From Clostridia bacterium (GTDB lineage Bacteria; Bacillota; Clostridia; TANB77; CAG-465), in the NCBI GenBank assembly GCA_030524345.1, contig JAUNGP010000001.1, positions 130,191-194,190 of the forward strand: a stretch of DNA of 64,000 nucleotides, in the 5' to 3' direction. Positions 1 through 10,317 of the stretch are shown here, one piece after another; position 1 is the stretch's first letter; the number at the start of each line of letters is the position of its first letter. The translations under genes were made by a program, and so were the position numbers. A model generated the notes under the pieces. That model was not told where the DNA came from. It made no database searches and saw only the letters and a list, made by a program, of their open reading frames with translations.

Positions 1-1234
1 CTATTAATAACTTATCATATAATTCTAGTATAAATGTAGTTGTAATACCAAGTTTTTCTTTTTCTTCTTTCGAAAGATTTTCAACAATACATACATTATC
101 ACTTTCTATAGAAACCTTTATAGGAACTTCTATATATTGAGTACCATAAACAAGCGTTACATAGCTATATCCTTTTTCTTCATTTCTTTGAATTGCAGTT
201 TTAGGAACAGCCATTCCACTCACTTTTTTCCAAACCACTTCAGTACTGATGGTCCTTAAATCCACTAATTCTTCAATTCCATTATTTAGTTGAAAAATAT
301 TGTAATTATATTCATTACCTTCTATCGATTTTACTAATTTTGCTGTAATACTATCAACATCTTTCTCTCCAAATTTTAAGGTATAGCTTTTACCAATTGT
401 AATATATTCGCTATTTTTATCTTTTTCTTCTTTAATTAATATATACGCCTGATAATTATCCACAATTTTAATACCAAAATTACTAGCATTATTTTCTTTA
501 TATTTAGAAATAATATCTTCTAATTTTTCTATATCAAAATTCAAAATATCCTCAACATTTACGAAGTTCTCCAAATTATCAATTTTATAAGTAGCAACAC
601 CAGATACAGGTGCTATAATATTATCTGTTTCTGCAGATAAACTATTTTTTTCTACTACTTCTCTCTCCTCAATTAATTCTCTAACTTTTGAACCTTCTGG
701 ACTACGTTCTCCTAGTATAATTACTTTCTTATAAGCAAGTTCATCAATTTTAGTCTTATACTCTTGCATCTTTATGTATGAAGTCTCTTTCCTTGCTTCT
801 TTTGCTAAATTAGTAATTTGAGCATCTATTGAAGAAACATCATTAGAGTAAGATGCTGGTAAATCAAGTATTAGGGATTGTATGCTTTTATCAAGCTCTT
901 CTATTGTTTTAAGATATTCATCATATCTTTCATTTTTATAAATTGCGATTGTTTCCCCTTTAGCAACTCTTTTGTTTTGTTCTACTATTGGTATAGCTAC
1001 TTCAGTATTATTTAATTCTAATACTTTTTCATTCTTTAAAACGATACCTACTGAGTCAGTTGTTTTTTCAATATATCCATTTACTACTGTATATGTTGTT
1101 TTTACATTCAAATATTTCCTATATATAAAAATACTAAGTAAAATAGCAAAAATCATTATAGTGACCAATATATTATGTTTATTTTCTCTTATACGTTGAA
1201 TCATAGTCTTTTTTTCTATGCTTTTTTCCTTCAT
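1..1234 (-). CDS. HlyD-like membrane-fusion/adaptor-type protein, C-terminus cut by window edge (absent from supplied ORF track)
   Basis: Read by eye on minus strand: AAGGAG-N9-ATG at 1234, open frame to position 1 with no stop. N-terminal TM helix (ILVTIMIFAILLSIFIY), long coiled-coil stretch, then beta-rich part with APVSGV-type motif. Confidence 0.5.
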   Translation of the reverse strand, partial: MKEKSIEKKTMIQRIRENKHNILVTIMIFAILLSIFIYRKYLNVKTTYTVVNGYIEKTTDSVGIVLKNEKVLELNNTEVAIPIVEQNKRVAKGETIAIYKNERYDEYLKTIEELDKSIQSLILDLPASYSNDVSSIDAQITNLAKEARKETSYIKMQEYKTKIDELAYKKVIILGERSPEGSKVRELIEEREVVEKNSLSAETDNIIAPVSGVATYKIDNLENFVNVEDILNFDIEKLEDIISKYKENNASNFGIKIVDNYQAYILIKEEKDKNSEYITIGKSYTLKFGEKDVDSITAKLVKSIEGNEYNYNIFQLNNGIEELVDLRTISTEVVWKKVSGMAVPKTAIQRNEEKGYSYVTLVYGTQYIEVPIKVSIESDNVCIVENLSKEEKEKLGITTTFILELYDKLLI

Positions 1235-1251
1235 AAGTTTATTTCTCCTTA

Positions 1252-2187
1252 TTAATAATTTGCTGATTCAATTATATCATTAACAAGTTCATTTGTATCT
1301 TTTTTACCATCAAGATAACAGACATCAAGCTTATTTTTAAACCATGTAATTTGTCTTTTAGCATATCTTCTTGTTTCTTGTTTTAACTTCAAAATACAGT
1401 TATCTAATGTATCTTCACCTTTAAAATACGGAAAAAACTCTTTATAACCTATTGCTTGCATACATGTATTATCTTTTCCCAAATTCATATGATATACTTT
1501 TAAAGCTTCCTCTACTACTCCATCTTTTATCATCATATCAACACGCTTATTAATTCTTTCATATAAATATTCTCTGTCATGATTAATATAATAAATTAAA
1601 AATTCATATTTAGAAGATTTCGATAAGATTCTTTCTTTTTCTTCTCTCATATGGGTAGATTTTAACTTATCTGAGTTTCTTACAAACTCAAGAGCTCGAA
1701 TAACTCTTTTTAAATTATTAGGATGTATTTCACTTGCAGATACTGGATCAATCTTTTTTAATAAATCATGTACATATTCATTTGAATTTTCCTTAGCAAG
1801 ATTTTCAAGATATTTTCTATATTCTATATCTACCTCTTCTTCATCAAAATTCATATCATCTACAATAGCACTAATATATAATCCGGTTCCACCACAAATG
1901 ATAACATTTTTATTCCTAGATAGAATTTCATTTATTTTATCATAGCATATACTTTTAAAATCTGCAACACTAAATTTATCAGTTATTTCACAAATATCTA
2001 TTAAGTGATGTTTTATCCCTTGCATTTCTTCTTTTGTAACCTTAGCAGTGCCAATATCCAATCCTTTATATATTTGCATAGAATCTGCTGAAATAATCTC
2101 TGCATCAATCCTTTTAGCAAGTTCAATGGAAAGTCCAGTCTTTCCAGAAGCTGTTGGCCCTACAATACATATAATTTTCTTTTTCAT
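1252..2187 (-). CDS. miaA: tRNA dimethylallyltransferase
   Basis: P-loop GPTASGKT at N-terminus; SADSMQIYKGLDIGTAK motif; mutS-mutL-miaA synteny. Confidence 0.95.
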   Translation of the reverse strand: MKKKIICIVGPTASGKTGLSIELAKRIDAEIISADSMQIYKGLDIGTAKVTKEEMQGIKHHLIDICEITDKFSVADFKSICYDKINEILSRNKNVIICGGTGLYISAIVDDMNFDEEEVDIEYRKYLENLAKENSNEYVHDLLKKIDPVSASEIHPNNLKRVIRALEFVRNSDKLKSTHMREEKERILSKSSKYEFLIYYINHDREYLYERINKRVDMMIKDGVVEEALKVYHMNLGKDNTCMQAIGYKEFFPYFKGEDTLDNCILKLKQETRRYAKRQITWFKNKLDVCYLDGKKDTNELVNDIIESANY

Positions 2188-2194
2188 CTACATT

Positions 2195-4189
2195 CTACTT
2201 CCTTAAAAATCTACGCTCTATTTCATACTTAGTAATTTCATAAGCAGTTGGCCTTCCATGTGGGCAAGTAAAAGGATTATCAAGTTTTACCATATCATCT
2301 ATCAACGATATTTGTTCTTCTCTATCTAGTTTCATATTTCCTTTAACAGCGGCTTTACATGCAAGCGTTGCAATAAATCTAAATTCTTTTTCTGATTTTT
2401 CAGTCTTGTAAGCGCCAAGAAGTTCATCAATAATATCTTTAAACATAGATTTATATTCAATATCATACCCTATATTAGGGACTCCTGATATTTTTATCGT
2501 AGTATCACCAAAATCTTCAATAATAAATCCACTCTTTTCAAACATTTCTAAATTAGCATCTACCACTTCTTTTTCTTTTGAAGTAAGTTCTACAAGAATA
2601 GGAATAAGAAGCAGTTGACTTTGTTTATCTTTAGAATAATACGCTCGCTTTATTTGCTCATATAACAATCTTTCATGAGCTGCATGTTGATCTATAATAT
2701 ACATTTTTTCTTTTATTTGAATGATGATATAAGTATCAAAAACTTGTCCTATATATTTATATAATAACTCATCTTTTGGTTTTTCCTCTAAAGTTACATT
2801 ATCTTCTGATGTATATTCTTCAATATTTTTCTCATGATCAAGAAAATTTGAAGTTTGAGATGTAGTATCATACAAATTTTCTTCCATAATTTCTTCCTTT
2901 AAATCAGTAACATCTGGTAGCTTATTCTCATTAAATTCCTCCGCTTTATTTTCATTCATATCGTACGGTACCGATTCAACTATATTTGAAGAATTTTTAG
3001 ATATAGATTCCATTTTTATATCTGATGAAATATTATGAGAAACTTTCTCATTTGCCCTATCGAAATCATATTTCTTTTTTGGTTCAATAAAATTATTCCT
3101 AATAACACCATTATTAATTAAATCTTTCGAAATTTGATCAACATTTCTTTCTACTACCTCTTGCTTTATATTTGTAAATGGGCTCATCTCTTTATTATTC
3201 CTTTCAAGTGAAGTCCTTACAGCATAATATATACAATCAAATACACGAGCTTCATCATCAAATTTCACTTCCAACTTAGCTGGGTGAACGTTTACATCAA
3301 TATGTGATGGATCTATCTGCATATTTAAGACAATAAAAGCAAATTTATTAATTGCAAATTTCTGTTCACACGCCTTATCTATTGCAGTATTGATTGTTTT
3401 ATCTTTTATATATCTTGAATTAATAAAAGTAAACTGGTGCATTCTAGTAGACCTAGAAATAGAAGGCAACCCAATCATTCCACTTACTTTGATATCATTT
3501 GATTCATATTCTATTGGTATTACATTTTGATAAATTTCTTTTCCAAACAAATCATATATAATTGATCTTAAATCATTATTTCCAGAAGTTTGTAAAATTG
3601 TTTTTCCATTATTAATATATTTAAAACTAACCGCAGGATTTGCAAGTGCAATTCTTATCATAACATCTTCTATATATCCAGCTTCTGTATAATCTTTCTT
3701 TAAAAATTTAAATCTTGCTGGGACATTAAAAAATACATCATTGATTTCAATTTTGGTTCCAGTAACAGCAGGCGCACTTTCGACCGATAAGATTTTACCT
3801 GCTTCTACTCGAACTTTCACTCCAACATCTTCGTTGATACTCTTAGTCGTAAGAGTTACTTTAGATATTGCAGCAATAGAGGCTAAAGCCTCACCTCTAA
3901 ATCCCATAGAAGTGATATGTGCTAAATCTTCTTCTTTTCTAATTTTACTTGTAGCATGCCTCTCAAATGCCATTTCTACATCATCTGCTGCAAAACCAAT
4001 TCCATTATCTGTTATTCTGATATAGCTGATACCACCTTTTCTGATTTCCACAGTAACTGCCGTGGCCTTAGCATCTATAGAGTTTTCCACAAGCTCTTTT
4101 ACAATCGATGATGGCCTATCCACAACTTCACCAGCTGCAATCTTATTTATAGTTTGTTCATCTAATAATACTATATTTCCCATACTCAC
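2195..4189 (-). CDS. mutL: DNA mismatch repair protein MutL
   Basis: GHKL ATPase N-terminus (IAAGEVVDRPSSIVKELVENSIDA, ITDNGIGF); C-terminal dimerisation domain (CPHGRPT). Confidence 0.95.
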   Translation of the reverse strand: MSMGNIVLLDEQTINKIAAGEVVDRPSSIVKELVENSIDAKATAVTVEIRKGGISYIRITDNGIGFAADDVEMAFERHATSKIRKEEDLAHITSMGFRGEALASIAAISKVTLTTKSINEDVGVKVRVEAGKILSVESAPAVTGTKIEINDVFFNVPARFKFLKKDYTEAGYIEDVMIRIALANPAVSFKYINNGKTILQTSGNNDLRSIIYDLFGKEIYQNVIPIEYESNDIKVSGMIGLPSISRSTRMHQFTFINSRYIKDKTINTAIDKACEQKFAINKFAFIVLNMQIDPSHIDVNVHPAKLEVKFDDEARVFDCIYYAVRTSLERNNKEMSPFTNIKQEVVERNVDQISKDLINNGVIRNNFIEPKKKYDFDRANEKVSHNISSDIKMESISKNSSNIVESVPYDMNENKAEEFNENKLPDVTDLKEEIMEENLYDTTSQTSNFLDHEKNIEEYTSEDNVTLEEKPKDELLYKYIGQVFDTYIIIQIKEKMYIIDQHAAHERLLYEQIKRAYYSKDKQSQLLLIPILVELTSKEKEVVDANLEMFEKSGFIIEDFGDTTIKISGVPNIGYDIEYKSMFKDIIDELLGAYKTEKSEKEFRFIATLACKAAVKGNMKLDREEQISLIDDMVKLDNPFTCPHGRPTAYEITKYEIERRFLRK

Positions 4190-4194
4190 ACTCC

Positions 4195-4821
4195 TTAAAT
4201 TCCATTTAATACTTTCAATACTTCTTCTACAGTTTCTTTTATATAATAATTCATATCCTGTTTTGTAATAAAATAAATAGGATTATCATTTGAAATGATA
4301 TTATTAGTACAATATTTTTGTAAAAATTTAAAATATACCTCATCATTTAAGTAAATACTTAAATCTCTCTTTAAATTTTTGATATCAATATTATACTTGT
4401 TAACCAGGTAACCTCCCATTTTTCGATAGTCCGAATATAATTCATCTGTAAACTTTTTATTATCTTTAAAGCATCCATTTTTTAAACAAATCACTAATTC
4501 GTCATTATTTTTTACTCTCTTGACATATTTGGAAATATATTTGTCAAACCAAATTTTATCTTCAATTAAGTGTGCTAAATATCCCCTTGTTTCTTCATTT
4601 TTCAAATCTTTTCTATTTTCCAATATAAATCTTTCAATATCTGGTAATTCTTTTACACCATTGTTATATATAACTTTTTTAATATAATGAGATTCATTCC
4701 TTTGTCCCGTCTTTAATTTTATAAAGTCTGGCATAACAGTCCCAAATAAAAATTTATTTGACAAATCTAATTTCTCTTTGACTATCTTTGAAACACAAAC
4801 ATGCATTAATAAAGAACCCAT
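4195..4821 (-). CDS. hypothetical protein, possibly zinc-dependent phospholipase C-like metal hydrolase fold
   Basis: 208-aa ORF between mutL and mutS. His near N-terminus, PDF motif and HLIEDKIW resemble the PLC/YdjM-type metal hydrolase pattern. Assignment is weak. Confidence 0.35.
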   Translation of the reverse strand: MGSLLMHVCVSKIVKEKLDLSNKFLFGTVMPDFIKLKTGQRNESHYIKKVIYNNGVKELPDIERFILENRKDLKNEETRGYLAHLIEDKIWFDKYISKYVKRVKNNDELVICLKNGCFKDNKKFTDELYSDYRKMGGYLVNKYNIDIKNLKRDLSIYLNDEVYFKFLQKYCTNNIISNDNPIYFITKQDMNYYIKETVEEVLKVLNGI

Positions 4822-4903
4822 ATTGCCTCCAAAACTAATTTATATAAATTATACTATCATTTTACTAATTTATCAATAAATATTTAAATTTAAAATCTAA
4901 AAA

Positions 4904-4930
4904 AGAAGACACATTATATAAATGTCTTCT
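4904..4930 (-). terminator. rho-independent terminator after mutS
   Basis: Minus strand GAAGACA-loop-TGTCTTC followed by a T-run, immediately 3' of the mutS stop. Confidence 0.6.
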
Positions 4931-4946
4931 TCTTTATTTTCTAGTC

Positions 4947-7547
4947 TTATTTTAGTTTTTCTTTCAATTTATATAAAATTTCTAATGCATCTTTTGGAGT
5001 TAATTCATCTAAATCAGTTTTTTCAAGAATTTTGGATATCTCAGCCATTTTATAATTAAACATATCTACCTGAATTTCCTCAGTTGTTATCTTTTTCTTC
5101 TTTTCTTGAATCGTTTTCTTAGCAAGATCTACATTTTCTAAATACTTTAATATTTGTTTTGCCCTTGTAATAACTGGCTTTGCCACCCCTGCAAGTTTTG
5201 CTACATATATTCCATAAGATTCATCTGCTCCACCAGGTTTAATTTTTCTTAAGAATATTACATCATCACCTTTTTCTTTTACTTCTACAGAGTAATTCTT
5301 AACTCCTTCTATTTTTTGTTCAAGCTCTATTAATTCATGATAATGTGTTGCAAATAAAGTTTTAGCTCCAATTTTTTCCAAATCTGTAACATATTCTACA
5401 GTAGCCCAAGCAATAGCAAGTCCATCGTATGTAGATGTTCCTCTACCAATTTCATCAAGTATAATTAAACTATTCTTTGTAGCATTATTTAAAATATTTG
5501 ATAATTCCTGCATTTCCACCATAAAAGTTGATTGGCCCATAGCTAAGTCATCCGATGCACCAATTCTTGTAAATATTCTATCCACAATAGAAAGTCTTGC
5601 ACTATCTGCTGGTACAAATGATCCAAGTTGCGCCATATAAGAAATGATTGCTACTTGCCTCATATAGGTAGACTTACCTGCCATATTAGGTCCCGTAATA
5701 ATTAAAAATCTATCTGTTGTATTATTTAAGATCGTATCATTAGGTATAAAGTCTTCATCCTTTAAGGCTTTTTCTACTACTGCATGCCTACCATTGACTA
5801 TATTAATTTCACCTGTTTCTATAATTTCAGGTTTTACATAGTTATTGTTGACTGCCACAGTTGCAAAAGAAGAAAGTACATCTAAAATAGATATTACATT
5901 TGCAGTTCTTTGAATTCTAATCACTTGATCTGCAACTTTTTTTCGAATGTCGCAGAAAATATCATATTCAACGTCTATCAGTTTTCCCTTTGCTCCCAAA
6001 AGTTTATCTTCAATTTCTTTTAATTCTTCTGTAATATATCTCTCTGCACCAGCAAGAGTCTGTTTTCGAATATATCTATCTTCTGGTACCAAATTCTTAT
6101 AAGAATTAGTAACTTCAATATAATATCCAAAAACTCTATTATATCCAACCCTTAGCCATTTTCCCTTTATTCCAGTTCTTTCTTTTTCCTTTGCTTCAAG
6201 TTCCATAAGCCAGTCTTGACCGTCCGTAGATGCTTTTCTATATTCATCTACCCTTTCGTCAAATCCAGACTTGATAATTCCACCTTCTTTGATATTAATT
6301 CCTACATCTTCAATAATGGATTTATCAATGAGATCATAAACATCTTCTAATACATCTAAATTATTATATAATTCAGTAAAATATCCATCATTACTTTGTT
6401 TTACAACTCGTGCTATTAAATTCTTTAACTCAGGAAGTCTTTTTAGTGAATTTTTCAATGAAATCATTTCTCTGGCATTAGCGCTTGAACCAACAATTTT
6501 GGCTATTAATCTTTCAATATCATATACAGTTTTTAAAGTATCTTGTAAATCATCTTTTAATATATTATCCTTCGTTAAAATTTCTACTGCATTCTGCCTT
6601 TTAATAATTTCGGATTTATCAAGTAATGGAGCTTCAAGCCAATGCCTTAATGCTCTTCCTCCCATTGCTGTTACTGTTTCATCTAAAACCCACAAAAGAC
6701 TACCCTTTTTTGTCTTTTCACGATTGGCTTCTAATATTTCCAAATTTTTTCTAGTACTAGTATCAAGTTGCATATATTTTTCAATCTCATATCTATTAAT
6801 ACAATTTAACTGGTTAATATTAGATTTTTGGGTATCTTCAACATAATTTAGTAATAATTTAGCTGCATTGACTTCTAAATCAGAAAATCTATCTTTTGAC
6901 TTCCTTAACATATTATCCAAAAATACATTATCACTCATATCCCCATAAGAACTGGTATAAATATCAAAATGTTTCTTTAAATCTTTTAAAAAGAAAGTAT
7001 TTACGGTGATCGAATCAGGTAAAACAATCTCAGAAGGTGAAATTCTTGATATTTCATTTATAATTTTGATATTAACATCAAATCCTCCAACACTAGATAC
7101 AAAGAACTCACCTGTTGAAACATCGCAAAAAGCAATCGCACATTCTCTTTTTTCATAAATAATAGAAGCAATATAATTATTTTTCTTCTCATCTAACATT
7201 GTAAGCTCTGTAATAGTTCCAGGTGTTACTATTTTTACCACATCTCGCTTCACAAGTCCTTTTGCTTCCTTAGGATCTTCTAATTGTTCACATATTGCTA
7301 CTTTATATCCCTTTTCAACTAGCTTAGGTATATATGTATTCACAGCATGGTATGGAATTCCACACATAGGAGCCCTTTCTTCTAATCCACAGTCTTTTCC
7401 AGTAAGTGTAAGTTCTAACTCTTTACTACATGTTTTTGCGTCATCAAAAAACATTTCATAAAAGTCTCCTAATCTATAAAATAATATACAATCATTGTAT
7501 TTTTCCTTAGTATCTAGATACATTTGCATCATCGGTGTAAGTGCCAT
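4947..7547 (-). CDS. mutS: DNA mismatch repair protein MutS
   Basis: MutS N-terminus (TPMMQMYLDTKEKY, GDFYEMFFDDA); Walker A GPNMAGKST; DEIGRGTSTYDG. Confidence 0.97.
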   Translation of the reverse strand: MALTPMMQMYLDTKEKYNDCILFYRLGDFYEMFFDDAKTCSKELELTLTGKDCGLEERAPMCGIPYHAVNTYIPKLVEKGYKVAICEQLEDPKEAKGLVKRDVVKIVTPGTITELTMLDEKKNNYIASIIYEKRECAIAFCDVSTGEFFVSSVGGFDVNIKIINEISRISPSEIVLPDSITVNTFFLKDLKKHFDIYTSSYGDMSDNVFLDNMLRKSKDRFSDLEVNAAKLLLNYVEDTQKSNINQLNCINRYEIEKYMQLDTSTRKNLEILEANREKTKKGSLLWVLDETVTAMGGRALRHWLEAPLLDKSEIIKRQNAVEILTKDNILKDDLQDTLKTVYDIERLIAKIVGSSANAREMISLKNSLKRLPELKNLIARVVKQSNDGYFTELYNNLDVLEDVYDLIDKSIIEDVGINIKEGGIIKSGFDERVDEYRKASTDGQDWLMELEAKEKERTGIKGKWLRVGYNRVFGYYIEVTNSYKNLVPEDRYIRKQTLAGAERYITEELKEIEDKLLGAKGKLIDVEYDIFCDIRKKVADQVIRIQRTANVISILDVLSSFATVAVNNNYVKPEIIETGEINIVNGRHAVVEKALKDEDFIPNDTILNNTTDRFLIITGPNMAGKSTYMRQVAIISYMAQLGSFVPADSARLSIVDRIFTRIGASDDLAMGQSTFMVEMQELSNILNNATKNSLIILDEIGRGTSTYDGLAIAWATVEYVTDLEKIGAKTLFATHYHELIELEQKIEGVKNYSVEVKEKGDDVIFLRKIKPGGADESYGIYVAKLAGVAKPVITRAKQILKYLENVDLAKKTIQEKKKKITTEEIQVDMFNYKMAEISKILEKTDLDELTPKDALEILYKLKEKLK

Positions 7548-7588
7548 CTTTTTCTCCCCCTCTATAACTTGACCTATTATACGACTTA

Positions 7589-7617
7589 ATTATACCAAAA
7601 AAGACATTAAATTACAA
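7589..7617 (-). promoter_or_regulatory. sigma-A type promoter for mutS
   Basis: Minus strand TTGTAA (7617-7612), 17-nt spacer, TATAAT (7594-7589), about 40 nt upstream of the mutS ATG. Confidence 0.5.
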
Positions 7618-7620
7618 GAA

Positions 7621-7644
7621 AAAAAAACACCACCAAATGGTGGT
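7621..7644 (-). terminator. rho-independent terminator after the zinc-ribbon gene
   Basis: Minus strand ACCACC-ATTT-GGTGGT followed by G and a run of seven T. Confidence 0.65.
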
Positions 7645-7650
7645 ATTAAA

Positions 7651-7809
7651 TTAATAACTTCTTGTGTTGTTTCTTGCTTTTTTAGCATCTCTACAAGCTT
7701 TACATCTTACTGGATCAGAGAATTGTTTTTCATGATAGAATTCTTGCTCTGAGACAGAAAAAGTAAATTCATTGCCACAATCTTTGCATACAATTATTTT
7801 ATCTTCCAT
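7651..7809 (-). CDS. small zinc-ribbon protein (52 aa), below ORF-track cutoff
   Basis: AAAGGAGGAAAAAAATG start. Translation MEDKIIVCKDCGNEFTFSVSEQEFYHEKQFSDPVRCKACRDAKKARNNTRSY has two CxxC pairs. Own terminator follows. Confidence 0.6.
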   Translation of the reverse strand: MEDKIIVCKDCGNEFTFSVSEQEFYHEKQFSDPVRCKACRDAKKARNNTRSY

Positions 7810-7950
7810 TTTTTTCCTCCTTTAAGAAATCTGTTAATATTGGACTAAACCTTCACACTTTAAAAATATACTTTCTTAAAGGAAATTATTTAAATCTTCT
7901 ATTTAACTGTATAAAGTATATCATCTTATTCTTTTATTTTCAAGGAAAAA

Positions 7951-8475
7951 TTATAAAATATTTAAATTCACTAAAATTATTCCTACTACTATGGCACATA
8001 TATCCGCAAGTATCCCTGCTATTAAAATTCCTCTTGTCTTTTTTATATTTACAGCACCCAGTAATATTGTAACTGTATAAAAAGTGGTTTCAGTTGCCCC
8101 CATAATAATGGATGCCATTTTTCCTGATACAGAATCTGGTCCGCTATTTTTAAATATTTCCATGACAATAGAAGTTGATGCTCCACCTGATAGAGGGCGC
8201 ATAATGCAAAGTGGAATAATATCATCTGGTATCTTAAAAAAAGTAAGAATCGGTTTTAGTGGATATAACAATATATTTAAAGCTCCTGTATCTTTCAATA
8301 CATACATTGCAATTGTAATGGCAAGTATATACGGAAATATAGAATAAACTATTTTCAGTCCCTCTAATGCTCCATCAACAAATAACTTAAATACATCTTT
8401 TTTATCCTTTAGGCCACAAATAATAATCAATATTATCATTAAGGGAACAATATACGACACACATCTATTTAACAT
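7951..8475 (-). CDS. spmB: spore maturation protein B (nucleoside-recognition/Gate domain membrane protein)
   Basis: 174-aa polytopic membrane protein directly after the spmA-like ORF, sharing one nt with it (both include 8475). Size and pairing are typical of spmA-spmB. Confidence 0.75.
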   Translation of the reverse strand: MLNRCVSYIVPLMIILIIICGLKDKKDVFKLFVDGALEGLKIVYSIFPYILAITIAMYVLKDTGALNILLYPLKPILTFFKIPDDIIPLCIMRPLSGGASTSIVMEIFKNSGPDSVSGKMASIIMGATETTFYTVTILLGAVNIKKTRGILIAGILADICAIVVGIILVNLNIL

Positions 8476-9050
8476 TATATCACCCTTTTATTTAAGATTT
8501 TAATAGCCACTATACCAACTATTAAAGAACATATGGTAACAATCCAAATTGGTACTATAATTGATGCAGGATTTTCAGAATTATATAATGCCCTTAATGC
8601 TATCATATTCGTTGGTATTATTTGTAAAGATGCGGTATTCAAAACAATAAATGTTGTCATATTATTATTTGGTATTTCTTTCCTTTTATTTAATTTTTGA
8701 AGTTCCTTTATTGACTTAATACCATTTATAGTTGCAGCATTTCCAACACCAATCATATTAGAAGTAATATTTAAACTCATATATTCTACTGCTTCATCGC
8801 TTAAATCATTTTTATCAAAAAATAAATATAATATTTTAGAAAATTTTCTAGCAAATATTTTTATTATTTTAGTTTCTGATAAAATTTTAAACATTCCACT
8901 CCAAAAGCACATCATACCAGCAAAGCTAATAACATTTTCAATACTTGCTTTACTTCCATCCATTACACTGTTTATAACTAAATCTACATTTCCTATAATG
9001 ATAGCTACCGTTATTCCAAATATTATAATAAATGACCATATTTTAGACAT
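8475..9050 (-). CDS. spmA: spore maturation protein A
   Basis: 191-aa polytopic membrane protein with a typical SpmA N-terminus (IWSFIIIFGI). First gene of the spmAB pair. Confidence 0.75.
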   Translation of the reverse strand: MSKIWSFIIIFGITVAIIIGNVDLVINSVMDGSKASIENVISFAGMMCFWSGMFKILSETKIIKIFARKFSKILYLFFDKNDLSDEAVEYMSLNITSNMIGVGNAATINGIKSIKELQKLNKRKEIPNNNMTTFIVLNTASLQIIPTNMIALRALYNSENPASIIVPIWIVTICSLIVGIVAIKILNKRVI

Positions 9051-9151
9051 ATTTCACCCCAAAAATAAGTATATTAAATTATATGGCTATTTACACATTT
9101 TAATAACAACTATTTTATATTTATATGATATAATCATATAGGAGGGATTTT

Positions 9152-9346
9152 ATGAAAGGTTACAGACTAAATCCAGACATTAACTTTGTTTATAAAATCA
9201 TTCAAGGAACAGAAAAAAAGGATGGACATTGTCCATGTAGAATAAAATTAGATGAAACTACGCTATGTCCTTGTGATGAATTTATAGAAAAAGGGATTTG
9301 TAAGTGTAAATTATTTATACCACTTGAAGAGAGAAATAATGATTAA
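9152..9346 (+). CDS. ferredoxin-thioredoxin reductase catalytic-subunit-like protein
   Basis: CPCR...CPC...CKCKLF cysteine pattern matches the FTR catalytic chain (CPC-CPC-CHC), with K in place of H. Confidence 0.65.
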   Translation: MKGYRLNPDINFVYKIIQGTEKKDGHCPCRIKLDETTLCPCDEFIEKGICKCKLFIPLEERNND

Positions 9347-9351
9347 CGACA

Positions 9352-9387
9352 AAAAGTATCTAAGATTATACATCCTTAGATACTTTT
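9352..9387. terminator. bidirectional hairpin terminator between convergent genes
   Basis: AAAAGTATCTAAG-loop-CTTAGATACTTTT, with A/T runs on both sides. Confidence 0.6.
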
Positions 9388-9405
9388 CTATTTTAGTAAA
9401 GAGTA

Positions 9406-10317
9406 TTAAAAGTAACTATTTTCATTACAGTTTAAAGTTTCCTTTAGTCCATCTTCCATATTCACTTTTGTTGGAACTATATATTTAGCACCTATTTTAT
9501 GTGATACTAAATTAGTGATTACTTTCATTGCTCTCGATCCATCAAACCATAATGGATTATCACTATTTTGTCTTATTCTATCCAAAGAAGTGATCAGTGC
9601 ATTTTGATCATATTCATCACTCATTTTTCTAGTTATCATATATTTTTGATTATCACAGCTATATAAAGTATTTTCTAACAATTCATAACCTGCATGATTG
9701 TACCAATATAAATGATCGCCACCAGCTAAAATTAAAATATCTGCTTTCATTTCCAAATTTCCAATCAAATCTTCAACATAATTAGAAACTTCATCAAAGG
9801 TACAATCTGGAATATCATTTTTTAAACTAGCAAACCTTTTGGTAATATCTACTACTCCAAAATTATAATATTTTTTCTCAATAACTTTTTTATGATCAAT
9901 AAGTAAAAGTTCTATAGAGCCTCCACCACCAATAAATACACAAATATGTCCATCATAATCTATATGATTATAACATCCCAATGCTGTAAAGATGGCCTCA
10001 TCTTCTTGAGATACAACTTTTATTTCTAGCTCAAACTCACTTTTTAATTTTTTATTAATTTGACTTAATTCTTCCGGTTTAATATTTCTAAATATACTAC
10101 ATCCATATATATGTATATTTTTTGTATATTCAAATCCTTTTTTAATGACTGCAAATAATTGATCCAAATCATTCTTATTGATTTTATTTTCAAGTTGATA
10201 ATTTTTCTTAAATTCTATTGTAGCATTATTTTCATATATTAATTTTCCATCCTCATAAATATGTGTTTTTGTATTATTACTTCCTATTTCAACAATTGCA
10301 AATACTCCATTATTCAT
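9406..10317 (-). CDS. Ppx/GppA-family (ASKHA fold) phosphatase-like protein
   Basis: EIGSNNTK phosphate-1 motif, SQEDEAIFTALG and FIGGGGSIEL motifs. Probable start is the ATG at 10317 behind GGTGGGGGAAG (track ORF extends to 10335). Confidence 0.55.
   Translation of the reverse strand: MNNGVFAIVEIGSNNTKTHIYEDGKLIYENNATIEFKKNYQLENKINKNDLDQLFAVIKKGFEYTKNIHIYGCSIFRNIKPEELSQINKKLKSEFELEIKVVSQEDEAIFTALGCYNHIDYDGHICVFIGGGGSIELLLIDHKKVIEKKYYNFGVVDITKRFASLKNDIPDCTFDEVSNYVEDLIGNLEMKADILILAGGDHLYWYNHAGYELLENTLYSCDNQKYMITRKMSDEYDQNALITSLDRIRQNSDNPLWFDGSRAMKVITNLVSHKIGAKYIVPTKVNMEDGLKETLNCNENSYF

Noticed and set aside
972-1199. 75-aa plus-strand ORF from the track
   Set aside because: It lies antisense inside the long minus-strand HlyD-like ORF (1-1234). 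It has a TTG start, no RBS, and a low-complexity hydrophobic translation typical of antisense frames in AT-rich DNA.
3741-4268. Two plus-strand ORFs (3741-4025, 4062-4268) inside mutL
   Set aside because: They are antisense to a confidently identified mutL, with no RBS. S/L/I-rich shadow ORFs.
6499-6846. 115-aa plus-strand ORF inside mutS
   Set aside because: Antisense shadow ORF within mutS. The same reasoning applies to 8084-8347 in spmB, 12191-12391 in the cell-wall-binding gene, 19242-19430 in tadA, 21922-22290, 23034-23222, 24453-24803, 24559-24747 and 25159-25491 in the VirB4-like operon, and 28182-28373 in the M16 gene. It also applies to 31522-31800, 34762-35001, 47262-47549, 48702-49241, 49314-49628, 50206-50517, 53328-53528, 56225-56443, 58004-58207, 61643-61825, 63089-63286 and 63623-63808. 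51961-52143 is dismissed too, but as an alternate-frame same-strand ORF inside gyrB, not an antisense one.
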